DNA from: Ignavibacteriales bacterium
GTDB taxonomy: Bacteria > Bacteroidota > Ignavibacteria > UBA10030 > UBA6906
Length of the DNA: 64,000 nt
Direction: 5' to 3'
Assembly: GCA_037441705.1 (NCBI GenBank)
Contig: JBBIRR010000010.1
Coordinates: 19,597-83,596 of the forward strand
Below are positions 1 through 9,835 of this stretch, piece after piece. The stretch's first letter is position 1. The number at the start of each line of letters is the position of its first letter. The position numbers and the translations under genes were made by a program. The notes under the pieces were generated by a model, which saw nothing but the letters and a program-made list of their open reading frames with translations, did no database searches and was not told the origin of the DNA.

Positions 1-140
1 GCCCCATTCCTTCCCAGCAAGCCGAAGATTTCGCCCTCACGGACCGACAGGGTGAGTCCGTCCAGAGCGCGGGCACGCTGCCGGACTTGCCCCTTGTACA
101 CTTTGATGATATCTTGAGTTTGGACAGCGATATTCCCCAT
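1..140 (-). CDS. ABC transporter ATP-binding protein, N-terminal part (runs off window)
   Basis: Manual translation MGNIAVQTQDIIKVYKGQVRQRARALDGLTLSVREGEIFGLLGRNGA, ending in the start of a Walker A motif. Confidence 0.85.
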   Translation of the reverse strand, partial: MGNIAVQTQDIIKVYKGQVRQRARALDGLTLSVREGEIFGLLGRNG

Positions 141-290
141 GCAATAGCCCACAACGTACGACATACCACCTATGAATCCTCTCAATAAATGAATTTCATG
201 AGTAAATCCCAACATTCTTTGCAACCATGTATGGCGCGCGACGTACTACTTAAGCGGATGAGTGTCAGCGTTCGAAATAGTGATCTGTCT

Positions 291-2150
291 ATGATTCGCG
301 GGGGCGTGCTGTCGCTTCTCATCGTCTTCTCATTCTTCTCCAGTGCAAGGGCAGGCGAGAAGACGGTGGCGTTGCTGCGTGATTTCAGGACGACGGAGCT
401 GAAGTCGGCAGGACTTGTTCTTCCGCGACCGACCACGCTGCATATTGTCGCCCGCGGAGCTGCCGGAAGCAAATGCGACAGGGAGAAGAAAGGGAAAGGC
501 GACGACATGTTCGCCTACGGCTGGATTCTCGATGCCGACCGTCGCGAGGTGGTGTGGACGATGACGAGCGAGAACACGTCACGAGCACGAGACGACAGAA
601 CGTTTGATGACTACGTGACGCTGCCGCAGGGAAGTTACGAGCTGTACTTTGTCGCCGCCACCTTCACGTATGTTTCGACCTTCAAGAACCTGAGCATGAA
701 CGTCGATCATCGGGAAGCGGGACTGTTCAATATGGGAATATCGTCGAACAAGCGAGAACGGGGCTGGTTAGAAGGATGGTTCGACAAGCTCTTTGGCGAT
801 GATGTGCGTGAGGAATGGGAGAAGCGCTCGAAGAATTGGGGGATGGAGGTGTTGGTTGATGAACGGTATGCATCGTCGGTCACCTCGTTCACGCCGCCGA
901 AGGAGTTCTCCGATGTGCTGGTGAAGGCAACGCGGCTGGGCGAGGACGAATTCATCCGCCAGACCTTTGCCGTCTCCGAGCCGATGACCGTACGGCTTTA
1001 CGCGCTCGGCGAGGGTTTGGGGGGAGACTATGAGCTTGCTGACTACGGGTGGATCGTCAACCTGCGGGATCGGTCGCGCGTGTGGGAGATGCAGTGGCGC
1101 AATGCGCAGCATGCCGGGGGCGCCTCGAAAAACCTGAAGTTCGATGGACAGGTTTTTCTTCCAAAAGGCGAGTACACCCTGTACTACGTCACCGACAATA
1201 GTCACTCAGCGGTTGATTGGAATTGCGGACCTCCGGCGGATCCGCTGAACTACGGCATTACGCTTCTCGCAGTCTCCGAGAAGGACAAAGCACACTTCAA
1301 GCTTCTCTCGAACGTTGACGAGGGGTATGCCTTCGTCAGCCTCACCAAAATGCGCAACAGCGAAAGTCGCAGCGAGGGTTTCACGCTCAAGCACGATGCA
1401 CGCATTCGTGTCTATGCCATCGGCGAGAGGAGCAACCAGCGGCGCTTGATGGCCGACTATGGCGTCATCCTCGATGCGCGCTCTCGCACAAAAGTCTGGA
1501 CGATGGATGTTGATCGAACAAGCCACGCAGGCGGCGCATCGAAAAACAGAGTCATTGACGAAATCATTACTCTCCCCAAGGGAAGTTACATCGTTCGGTA
1601 CGTTACGGACGACTCGCATGCCTACGGCGACTGGAACGCCGATCCACCGTACGATGCAGAGCGGTACGGCATCACGCTCTACGGCGTTGGGGAGTCGTTC
1701 GATCGCTCCTGGGTGAGCAAGTACGTCGAGCAGCGTGACAAGTATGCCATTGCGCAGATCATCCGCGTCGGCAGCAGCGAGAACAAAAGTCTTCGCTTCA
1801 AGCTCGATAAGACCACGCGCGTTCGTGTGTATGCTCTCGGCGAAGGGTTCAGTCGCGAGATGGCCGACTACGGATGGATTACCGACAACACGACGGGCAC
1901 GACGGTGTGGGAGATGACCTACTCGATGACGACGCACGCCGGCGGCGCGCGTAAGAATCGTCTTGTGAACACGACCATCATTCTGGACAAAGGCCAGTAC
2001 ACGCTGCACTACTCGACCGACGACTCCCACGCGTACGGCGATTGGAACTCCGATCCGCCCGAAGATCCCGAGTACTGGGGCATCACGCTGTACCCGGACG
2101 AAGGAAGCCCGCCCGTTCCGCCAGACCCACCGAAACCTCCGGGCAATTGA
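291..2150 (+). CDS. Secreted protein with four ~140-aa tandem repeats of unknown function
   Basis: ORF 189..2150; ATG 291 gives a signal peptide; repeated DYGWI..VW.M..HAGGA.KN..LPKG.Y..TDDSH..DWN..PP..YGITL units. Confidence 0.8.
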   Translation: MIRGGVLSLLIVFSFFSSARAGEKTVALLRDFRTTELKSAGLVLPRPTTLHIVARGAAGSKCDREKKGKGDDMFAYGWILDADRREVVWTMTSENTSRARDDRTFDDYVTLPQGSYELYFVAATFTYVSTFKNLSMNVDHREAGLFNMGISSNKRERGWLEGWFDKLFGDDVREEWEKRSKNWGMEVLVDERYASSVTSFTPPKEFSDVLVKATRLGEDEFIRQTFAVSEPMTVRLYALGEGLGGDYELADYGWIVNLRDRSRVWEMQWRNAQHAGGASKNLKFDGQVFLPKGEYTLYYVTDNSHSAVDWNCGPPADPLNYGITLLAVSEKDKAHFKLLSNVDEGYAFVSLTKMRNSESRSEGFTLKHDARIRVYAIGERSNQRRLMADYGVILDARSRTKVWTMDVDRTSHAGGASKNRVIDEIITLPKGSYIVRYVTDDSHAYGDWNADPPYDAERYGITLYGVGESFDRSWVSKYVEQRDKYAIAQIIRVGSSENKSLRFKLDKTTRVRVYALGEGFSREMADYGWITDNTTGTTVWEMTYSMTTHAGGARKNRLVNTTIILDKGQYTLHYSTDDSHAYGDWNSDPPEDPEYWGITLYPDEGSPPVPPDPPKPPGN

Positions 2151-2200
2151 TTCTCACGCGATGAATCTCTACCTTCTCTCACACTATCTGTGAGTGAAGA

Positions 2201-3247
2201 ATGCCAACGACACGCCGTGAATTCTTGAAACGCGCCACAGCCGCCGGTGCCGGCGCCCTTGCCCTTTCAACCGTCCCTTCTGCACTTCGTTCCGAGCCTG
2301 CCGGCGTTGTGGCAATTGCCAGCGGCAACGGACTTCCTGCCGTGACGAAAGCGATGGAACTTATCCGGCAGGGAACCGACGCACTTGACGCGGTAATTGC
2401 CGGAGTGAATATCGTCGAGGACGATCCCAACGATACCAGCGTCGGCTACGGCGGCTTGCCCAACGAGGAAGGCGTTGTGGAATTGGACGCCGCCGTCATG
2501 CACGGCCCCACGCACAGGGCAGGCGCGGTAGCATCGCTGCGGAACATCAAGAATCCATCCCGGGTTGCGCGCCTGGTGATGGAGCGAACCGATCACGTCT
2601 TGCTTGTCGGCGAGGGCGCGTTGCGTTTCGCAAAGGCGCATGGCTTTATTGAGGAGAATCTTCTGACCGACCGCGCGCGCGAGGAATGGCTGCGGTGGAA
2701 GGAGACGCTTTCCACGAAAGATGACTGGCTGCCGCCGCACACGGCCGATGACAAAGATGTCGGCAGTATCTTTGAACCCTTCTTTCGCCATACGGGAACG
2801 ATTCACTGCGGTGCTCTTGATCAGAACGGAAACATCTCCTGCGTGACGACGACAAGCGGCCTGGCGTTCAAGATCCCCGGGCGCGTCGGCGATTCGCCGA
2901 TCATCGGGGCCGGGCTGTACTGCGATAACGAAGTCGGTTCTGCAGGTTCCACCGGTCGCGGCGAAGCCAACCTGATCAACTGCAGCAGCGTCATGGTTGT
3001 GGAGTTCATGCGCGCGGGCAAATCCCCCGAGCAGGCATGCCTCGAGGCGTGCAAGAGGATCGTCCAGCACAACAAAATGCGCCGGCTGAAGGATGACGCA
3101 GGCCGGCCGACCTTCAACGTCAACTTTTATGCAATCAACAAACGGGGCGAGTACGGCGCCGCGGCAATCTACAGCGGCAGCAAATTCGCGCTGCATGACG
3201 GCACATCGGCAAGGCTGCTCGATGCTGCATATCTGTACAAGAGGTGA
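2201..3247 (+). CDS. N4-(beta-N-acetylglucosaminyl)-L-asparaginase / isoaspartyl peptidase (Ntn hydrolase), Tat-exported
   Basis: RREFLK Tat motif; SVGYGG.P, GTI, TTTSG, PGRVGDSPIIGAG, TG.GE motifs. Confidence 0.9.
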   Translation: MPTTRREFLKRATAAGAGALALSTVPSALRSEPAGVVAIASGNGLPAVTKAMELIRQGTDALDAVIAGVNIVEDDPNDTSVGYGGLPNEEGVVELDAAVMHGPTHRAGAVASLRNIKNPSRVARLVMERTDHVLLVGEGALRFAKAHGFIEENLLTDRAREEWLRWKETLSTKDDWLPPHTADDKDVGSIFEPFFRHTGTIHCGALDQNGNISCVTTTSGLAFKIPGRVGDSPIIGAGLYCDNEVGSAGSTGRGEANLINCSSVMVVEFMRAGKSPEQACLEACKRIVQHNKMRRLKDDAGRPTFNVNFYAINKRGEYGAAAIYSGSKFALHDGTSARLLDAAYLYKR

Positions 3248-4811
3248 TGCACGGCGTGCTGTTCCGTCCCTCGTTCTTGGGCTGACTCTCCTCGCGGCAA
3301 TCATAACCGCCGCTCGCTCTCAACCTGAGCCTTTCATCACACGATCTCACGATACGCTCCGGTTGGGCGACCGTCCGTTCTTCTTTCTGGGTGCGAACGC
3401 GTACTATCTGCTCGAACAGGCAGCCCGCGGAGATACGCACACCGTCATCAATCTTTTCCAAACTGCTCGCCGTTTGAACATGACGGTCGTCCGAACGTGG
3501 GCCTTCTACGATTCATCGGACAGCCTCAATCCCGCGGTCATTCAGTATCGCCCGGGCAGGTTCAACGAGCACGCGCTGCGCAGCCTGGATTATGTTCTTC
3601 TTCAAGCGCGCCGGCACAACATTCGGCTCCTCCTTCCTCTTGTCAATAGCTGGGATGATTATGGGGGAATGAACCAGTATGTGCGATGGAGATTGGAGAC
3701 GTTACCTTCAACGTCATTCGAAGCCCCTCGCTATCAGGCGCACGATCTCGAACGCACTATCAGCGGAGACCAGGGTCGTTCGTATCGCTACGCCATCAGC
3801 ACGGCGATGGGCCACGACGACTTCTACGCAGATTTCCTCATCAGACAGTGGTTCAAGGGCTATATTGCCGCCGTGTTGGAACGACGGAACGTCTTCACGG
3901 GCATTGCCTACCGGGACGACCCGTTCGTCTTTGGCTGGGAAGTAGCCAACGAGCCGCGCTCATCCGACCGCTCCGGCAATCTCGTTCGAACCTGGATCGC
4001 GGAGATCTCGGCCTACATCAAGTCCGTCGATCCCAATCACCTTGTGGGTACGGGAGAGGAGGGCTTTGACATCTCGCCTGCGGGCTACACTCTCGCGACG
4101 TACAACAATCAGCAATGGCTGTTCGATGGCAGCGCGGGAATCACCTTTTCTGGAAATTCTGTGATACCAACTATTGACTTTGGCAGTTGCCATTTGTATC
4201 CTGAGGTGTGGCATCTCTCGAACAGCGCCGGCGGAGTTTGGATTCGAGACCACATTCGGGTTGCGCGAGGCGCCGGCAAGCCGTTGGTGGTGGGAGAGTT
4301 CGGCGTGCGCGAGTATCAAACAGCGACCTACGAAAGCTGGCTCACGACGGCACTGTATGACAACGCGGCGGGGGCAATGGTGTGGCAGATACTGGAAGGT
4401 CCGCGCACAGACCGAGAAGGGTACGGGTTTCGATGTTCAGAGCTGGAGCAGTTGTGTTTGCGTTTGGGTGAGGCTGGAGAGCAATTCATCGCCAAGTCAA
4501 ACAGCGGAACACTGCCGCGGCCGCAAACGTTCAGGCTCCTTCAGAATTATCCGAACCCGTTCAACGGCCTGACGACCATTGCCTACTCTCTGTCCGCCGA
4601 TGTGTTTGTGAATCTTTCGATATGGACCGCGCTCGGAGAACACGTTGCAACTGTGGTTGAGGGATACCAATCGGCGGGTGAACGGAAAGAGCTGTTCGAC
4701 GGACGGATGTGCGCAAGTGGAGCGTACTTCTGTCGATTGACGGTGGAACAAGTGCCGGGCGCAGGTCGAGCATCGTTTCGTCAAACAAGAAAGTTGCTTT
4801 TGTTACGTTGA
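3222..4811 (+). CDS. GH5 glycoside hydrolase (mannanase-like) with T9SS C-terminal domain
   Basis: GANAY, VVRTWAF, W.DYGGM.QY, WEVANEP (acid/base), HLYP, VGEFG (nucleophile); C-terminal QNYPNPFN..TRKLLLLR. Start uncertain. Confidence 0.85.
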   Translation: MLHICTRGDARRAVPSLVLGLTLLAAIITAARSQPEPFITRSHDTLRLGDRPFFFLGANAYYLLEQAARGDTHTVINLFQTARRLNMTVVRTWAFYDSSDSLNPAVIQYRPGRFNEHALRSLDYVLLQARRHNIRLLLPLVNSWDDYGGMNQYVRWRLETLPSTSFEAPRYQAHDLERTISGDQGRSYRYAISTAMGHDDFYADFLIRQWFKGYIAAVLERRNVFTGIAYRDDPFVFGWEVANEPRSSDRSGNLVRTWIAEISAYIKSVDPNHLVGTGEEGFDISPAGYTLATYNNQQWLFDGSAGITFSGNSVIPTIDFGSCHLYPEVWHLSNSAGGVWIRDHIRVARGAGKPLVVGEFGVREYQTATYESWLTTALYDNAAGAMVWQILEGPRTDREGYGFRCSELEQLCLRLGEAGEQFIAKSNSGTLPRPQTFRLLQNYPNPFNGLTTIAYSLSADVFVNLSIWTALGEHVATVVEGYQSAGERKELFDGRMCASGAYFCRLTVEQVPGAGRASFRQTRKLLLLR

Positions 4812-4867
4812 GTCCACAGAAACTCCCGGAGGCATTAGTCTAAGAGAATATTGATAACACCTACAGG

Positions 4868-6838
4868 ATGAATATGAAGCAGTTGGTATGGTCCGCAGTT
4901 GTCCTGATGGGCATCCTGCCAACTCGACAAATCCTTGCACAGCAATACCGAGTCGACACCCTGGCTCAAAGTCCCGCGGTAGCCTTGCCGGTGTGCATTG
5001 CGTTCACGCCCGACGCGACGCCACGGTTTTTCTTCACCGAGAAGAACACCGGCGCCGTCAAGATTTTCGAGAACGGTGCGGTGCGACCTACACCCTTTGC
5101 AACGCTCAGCGTCACCTCGGGAGGTGAGCAGGGTCTGTTGGGTATTGCCCTGCATCCGCAGTATCCCGACTCGCCGTTCGTCTACGTTCAGTACACGCGC
5201 AGCGGCGATCGCGCAAATGTTGTCGTGCGCCTGCGTGACTCCAGCGGTTTCGGCGTCGACCCCCGGACGATTGTCGTGTGCACACGCATCAACACGGCAA
5301 CGAATCACAACGGCGGAAACTGTCACTTCGGGCCTGACGGAAAACTGTACGTTTCCTTTGGAGACAATGCCACCTCGTCGAACGCGCAGGATTCCTCGGC
5401 ATCGAACCTGCGCGGCAAGATTTTGCGCCTCAACCCGGACGGCTCTATCCCGGCAGACAATCCCTTTGCAGGCACGCCGTTCTGGTCTATTGGTCACCGC
5501 AATAGCTTCGATTTCACATTCGACCCGCTGACCGGCATCATGTACTGCACGGAAAACGGGCCATCGTGCGACGATGAAGTGAACCGGGTTCCGCCGCGCG
5601 GCAACATGGGTTGGCCGATTGAGGGCAACTGTTCCTACACCAACAATCCCCTGTACGTCCGTCCGTTGTACTACTTCCCCAGTTCGCCGCTTCCGGCGCT
5701 GACCGGTATCGTCGTCTATCGCGCGACGGCGTTTCCGCGGCTGCGCGGGAAGTTGCTGTTCACAGGCAACAGCACTCCGACACTCTGGACTCTGACGCTC
5801 ACGCAGAACGGCGACACGATCGTGCCCGGCTCGTTTGCGACGCTGTTCACATACTCGACCGGCTTTGCCGATGTAGAAGTGGGACCGGATGGGAACATCT
5901 ATCTTGCCAACGGTCCGTATTCGGCCAACCGCCTGCTGCGCTTACGCCCCGTGACGCCGACATTCACCTCAACGGCTCCCATCAACGCGACGCAGGACTC
6001 GTTGTACACCTACACGCCCACGTTCAATGGAACGCCGCCGGGGTTATCTCTTCTCGTTGCACCCGATGGTATGACGGTGGATTCAACAACGTGGTCGCTT
6101 CGCTGGACGCCGACCAACGGGCAGGCGTTGCAGGGGATGCATCCGGTGACGCTGCGTGCAGAAAATGGGGCGGGCTTCACCGATCAATCATTCAATATCT
6201 TCGTTGCGAACGTGAACGATCCGCCGGGCGCATTTCATCTGCAGTTCCCGTCGAACGATACGACGTTTTCCTTCACCAACACGCCGAGCGTGCAGTTTGT
6301 CTGGACGGCCTCGCAAGATCCTGACCGCGACACCGTGCGATACCGGGTGCAGATCGACACGGTCAACACGTTCAACAGTCCGGCGCTGCACGACACATCG
6401 GCCGGGACGGACGTTTCACTTCGCGTCCCGCTTCCGCGCGTCAATCGCAGTTATTTCTGGCGTGTGGTTGCCTCGGACGGCCAGATCGCCGTTTACAGCG
6501 CGGAGGTCCGACGCTTCACCATCACCATTGTCACCGCCGTTCGAGAGGAAGTGCAGACCGAAAAGGAAACAGAAGCGCAGGCAGTCTTAGAGCAGAATTT
6601 CCCCAATCCGTTCAATCCTACCACCACCATCCAGTACACCATTCCCAAAGGCGGGTACGTCCGGCTTTCGGTCTTCAATCTGCTGGGTCAGGAAGTTGCA
6701 AGAATCTTCGAGGGCGTTCAAGGCGCGGGCACATACGAGATAACCTTCAACAATGCGGAACTTCCTACCGGCATCTACTTCTACCGGATTCAGGCCCCGG
6801 GCTTTGTGGAAACGCGGAAGATGATCATAACAAAATAA
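4868..6838 (+). CDS. PQQ-dependent glucose/sorbosone dehydrogenase family protein with Ig-like domains and T9SS C-terminal domain
   Basis: GEQGLLGIALHP, HNGG..FGPDGKLY..GD, GKILRLNPDG.IP.DNPF, GHRN, DEVN, NMGWP; QNFPNPFNP..TRKMIITK. Confidence 0.88.
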   Translation: MNMKQLVWSAVVLMGILPTRQILAQQYRVDTLAQSPAVALPVCIAFTPDATPRFFFTEKNTGAVKIFENGAVRPTPFATLSVTSGGEQGLLGIALHPQYPDSPFVYVQYTRSGDRANVVVRLRDSSGFGVDPRTIVVCTRINTATNHNGGNCHFGPDGKLYVSFGDNATSSNAQDSSASNLRGKILRLNPDGSIPADNPFAGTPFWSIGHRNSFDFTFDPLTGIMYCTENGPSCDDEVNRVPPRGNMGWPIEGNCSYTNNPLYVRPLYYFPSSPLPALTGIVVYRATAFPRLRGKLLFTGNSTPTLWTLTLTQNGDTIVPGSFATLFTYSTGFADVEVGPDGNIYLANGPYSANRLLRLRPVTPTFTSTAPINATQDSLYTYTPTFNGTPPGLSLLVAPDGMTVDSTTWSLRWTPTNGQALQGMHPVTLRAENGAGFTDQSFNIFVANVNDPPGAFHLQFPSNDTTFSFTNTPSVQFVWTASQDPDRDTVRYRVQIDTVNTFNSPALHDTSAGTDVSLRVPLPRVNRSYFWRVVASDGQIAVYSAEVRRFTITIVTAVREEVQTEKETEAQAVLEQNFPNPFNPTTTIQYTIPKGGYVRLSVFNLLGQEVARIFEGVQGAGTYEITFNNAELPTGIYFYRIQAPGFVETRKMIITK

Positions 6839-6848
6839 GTCCAGAGCG

Positions 6849-8081
6849 CTACTTCACTCGCTTGATCACCAGCACCGTTTTGTCGTCGGAGTACTCCACC
6901 ATCCTGTTGTGGACTTGCACATCTTCGAGGATGAGCTGGCAGATCTCCTTTGGCGAACGGGCGCGGTGTTGCTTCAGCAGGGTGACCAGGCGATGCTCGC
7001 CGTAGAGTTCGCCCTCGCCGTTGGACGCTTCGGTGATGCCATCCGTGTACAGAAGGAGGATGTCTCCTTTGTTCATGACGGTGAAGTCCGTCCGATATCG
7101 TTCGTCAGGAAAGGGACCGAGAATCTGTCCTGTGGCTCGCAGCATTTCCACTTCATCGGTTTTGTCGCGCAGCAGAATGGGGTTGCTGTGTCCGGCGTTC
7201 ACGTAGAAGAGGAGGCCCTTGTCGCTTGTTGTCAGTTCGAGGTACACCATCGAGAGGAATTGCTCCGCTTTGAAGGTGCGATGGACGAGGCGGTTGATGC
7301 GCGTAATGAACGCGTCCATTTTCGTCTGGTATTCGACCCCCATCCGGAGGGCGCCGGAAACGTACAACGCCTGAGCCGCCGCCGAGAGGCCCTTACTGGC
7401 CGCATCGCCGATGACGACGCCGATCCGCTCTTTGTCGCCCGACGCCTGCAGGTAGTCGAAGAAGTCTCCGCCGACGATGCGTTCGGGCAGAGAGACGCCG
7501 TACATCTCGTATCCGGAAAACTTCATTTCATGCTGGGGAAGAATGCTCCGCTGAATCTCCCGTGCCTTGTCGAGGTCTTTTTCCAGCTCCGCGGCTTTTG
7601 ATTCGATGCGCCTGTTCTTCAACGCGGTCGTCAGCACGCTGCTGATGATATTCATCGCGTAGGCTTCATCCTGCTTCATGTACTCGGCGTTGAAGCCGAT
7701 GACATAGGGATACAGGCTGTAGCCTTTCCACTGCACAAGCTCGCCCACGCCCGTCGCCGAATACAATCGGATGCCGCGCTGACGGAGATAGCGATCCGTT
7801 TCCGTTGCCACCACCGTCCGCTTGCGGCCGAGCTGGAGAAACATGGGGTAGTTCAGGATGCGCAACCGGAAGTTCTTCCTGATGGACTCGACTTCTCCCG
7901 ATTGGTAGATGAGCCGATACGTTCCCTGGAGCGGCTCCAGTTTCCAAATACGTCCGCCGCGAATGGGGATTTCTTCGTTCTTGATAATACTCTCCAGCAC
8001 GTGGCGAAGCATTTGTTCGTCGGTTCGAAATTTCTTGTTGATAAAACTTTCAATTGTTCTGTAGAGTCTATGCTGATTCAT
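6849..8081 (-). CDS. PP2C/SpoIIE-family phosphatase with N-terminal sensory region
   Basis: AREIQ.SILP, VGGDFFD, IGDAASKG, NAGH, LYTDGITEA, DDKT. Confidence 0.9.
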   Translation of the reverse strand: MNQHRLYRTIESFINKKFRTDEQMLRHVLESIIKNEEIPIRGGRIWKLEPLQGTYRLIYQSGEVESIRKNFRLRILNYPMFLQLGRKRTVVATETDRYLRQRGIRLYSATGVGELVQWKGYSLYPYVIGFNAEYMKQDEAYAMNIISSVLTTALKNRRIESKAAELEKDLDKAREIQRSILPQHEMKFSGYEMYGVSLPERIVGGDFFDYLQASGDKERIGVVIGDAASKGLSAAAQALYVSGALRMGVEYQTKMDAFITRINRLVHRTFKAEQFLSMVYLELTTSDKGLLFYVNAGHSNPILLRDKTDEVEMLRATGQILGPFPDERYRTDFTVMNKGDILLLYTDGITEASNGEGELYGEHRLVTLLKQHRARSPKEICQLILEDVQVHNRMVEYSDDKTVLVIKRVK

Positions 8082-8137
8082 GAGAGGAAGAGAAATGTGA
8101 TGAAACGACACCAGTGCACTGCAACAGCGAACGGCGA

Positions 8138-8830
8138 TCACTCATGGTACTTCTTCTCACCGACGCGAAGGGCAACATCCACATGGTCTTCTTTCCGCGG
8201 GATGGCACAGGAATACAAGTCGCTGTACGCGCAGTATGGATTGTACGCCTTGTTCAGGTCGATCGTGTAGAGAAAGTTCGGGTCCGGATGTTCTTCGCCG
8301 ACTTCGACGTAGCGTCCTACGTTGTACGTTTCCTTTCCCGTCGTCCTGTCTGTAAACCATACGCTCAGCACATTTCGGTACAGGGCATACCGTCTTGCGT
8401 CGTAGGGGGTGAACTTGTACACGTTGAGACGGATGGTTTTCATCGTTCCGTCCTCGTCGGGTACATCGAACTCGAAATAGCCGTAGCGCAGGTGTCGGCG
8501 CTCTTCGCCTTTCGTTCCCATGACGGTGACGGTGTCCGGGCGGTCGTACCGATGCAGAACGGATCGCCCGCGGAAGTAGGGGTTGATCTGATACCACTTG
8601 ATGCCATCGTAGTGGATCGTGGTATCCCGCTGAAACGGTGAATCCGGGCTGCTGCGGAAGAATTCCTCCATCGCCGCTCGATGCTTCAGGTTCTCCTCGA
8701 CAATAGCGAGACTATCCTGCGGCGAGAGAACGGGTCGGCGGCGTGCATCGCCGCAGCTTGCCGCAATGAGGCCGGTAATCGCAACCACGTATGCTAAACT
8801 ACGGACAACGTTCTTGGTCACTAAGTTCAT
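8138..8830 (-). CDS. DUF1684 family lipoprotein
   Basis: F.D.TTGKETY..GRY, DLNKAYNPYCAYS..YSC.IP, GEK motifs; lipobox AASC. Confidence 0.85.
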   Translation of the reverse strand: MNLVTKNVVRSLAYVVAITGLIAASCGDARRRPVLSPQDSLAIVEENLKHRAAMEEFFRSSPDSPFQRDTTIHYDGIKWYQINPYFRGRSVLHRYDRPDTVTVMGTKGEERRHLRYGYFEFDVPDEDGTMKTIRLNVYKFTPYDARRYALYRNVLSVWFTDRTTGKETYNVGRYVEVGEEHPDPNFLYTIDLNKAYNPYCAYSDLYSCAIPRKEDHVDVALRVGEKKYHE

Positions 8831-8970
8831 TGATGAATATTTCCTACACCGTTTCAAGATACGGAGCGCTGGGGTGACAAGCAAAAGACAGGGTCACGGA
8901 CTTGCATTCGGGGCAGGCATGGCGTATCTTCACAGGCCAACCATACTCATCACATCCATCACACAACGCC

Positions 8971-9792
8971 ATGAAAAAGACACTCGTTGTTCTTCCGGTG
9001 CTTCTTGCGGCTGCTCTCGCGTATGGGTTTTTCCTGTTCCAGGCTCGCACCGTGCGCGCGTTGGAGCAGGTGGGCATACCGGGCAGTTTTGTCAAGGACT
9101 GCATCTGGTCCAGCTTCAGCGGCGGGTATCTCAGCTACCCGAGCGTGGACCGACTCAAAAGGATTGGCTCCGGCGAGCGTGCGGCAGTGGTGCGCGAAAT
9201 TGCCGAGTTCGCGAAGAGTTATGTCCGCTCGGAGGAATTCAAGCAGAAGTACATGCAGTACCGCGACGGTCAGAAGCCGGAGAAGCCTTTGCCACCACGG
9301 ACGACGGCCGAGCAGCGGAAAGCAGACAAAGAAGAGATGCAGCGGCAAATTCGCGAAGCACAGCAGAATTTGAAGCAAACGCCTGCCGAGTATCGTCCCG
9401 TTGTCGCGCAAACCATCGAGATGATGAAACAACAGCTGAAGGAGATCGACAACCCGGCCAATCCTATGTACTCGCCGCAAGTGGATGAGTTTAACAAACA
9501 AGCCTACCAATTGCAGCTTGAGGACTACAAGAACCGTCTTGAAGAATGGGAGCGTGAGTATCCGCCGTCGCCTGCTGTGATGATCAAGAAATGGCTGACG
9601 CAGTTTCTTGAAGAGTCGCGCGACGTTGACTACAACGCCAAACTCACAGAGGGAGAGTACGGCAAGATGGTCTTTGTCAACCCGACGTACGAAAGTAAGT
9701 CACCCCACTGGAAGATGTGCTACCGCGCGGGGCGTGATGTTGTGCAGGCAGGGCGTGCTGCAGCCGAGCAATGGCTGCAGGAATTGAAGTAG
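8971..9792 (+). CDS. Hypothetical exported coiled-coil protein
   Basis: ORF 8902..9792; ATG 8971 gives a hydrophobic N-terminus; helical, charged body. Confidence 0.75.
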   Translation: MKKTLVVLPVLLAAALAYGFFLFQARTVRALEQVGIPGSFVKDCIWSSFSGGYLSYPSVDRLKRIGSGERAAVVREIAEFAKSYVRSEEFKQKYMQYRDGQKPEKPLPPRTTAEQRKADKEEMQRQIREAQQNLKQTPAEYRPVVAQTIEMMKQQLKEIDNPANPMYSPQVDEFNKQAYQLQLEDYKNRLEEWEREYPPSPAVMIKKWLTQFLEESRDVDYNAKLTEGEYGKMVFVNPTYESKSPHWKMCYRAGRDVVQAGRAAAEQWLQELK

Positions 9793-9835
9793 ACCGTCGC
9801 GGCGGAACGGGTAAGCACAGAGTGCGTCCGGTGTG

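Noticed and set aside
3245-3285. TGATG stop/start overlap after the asparaginase, suggesting a frameshifted GH5 start
   Set aside because: ATG 3247 is out of frame and stops after 12 codons, but in-frame ATG 3222 gives a usable signal peptide, so there is no need to invoke a frameshift
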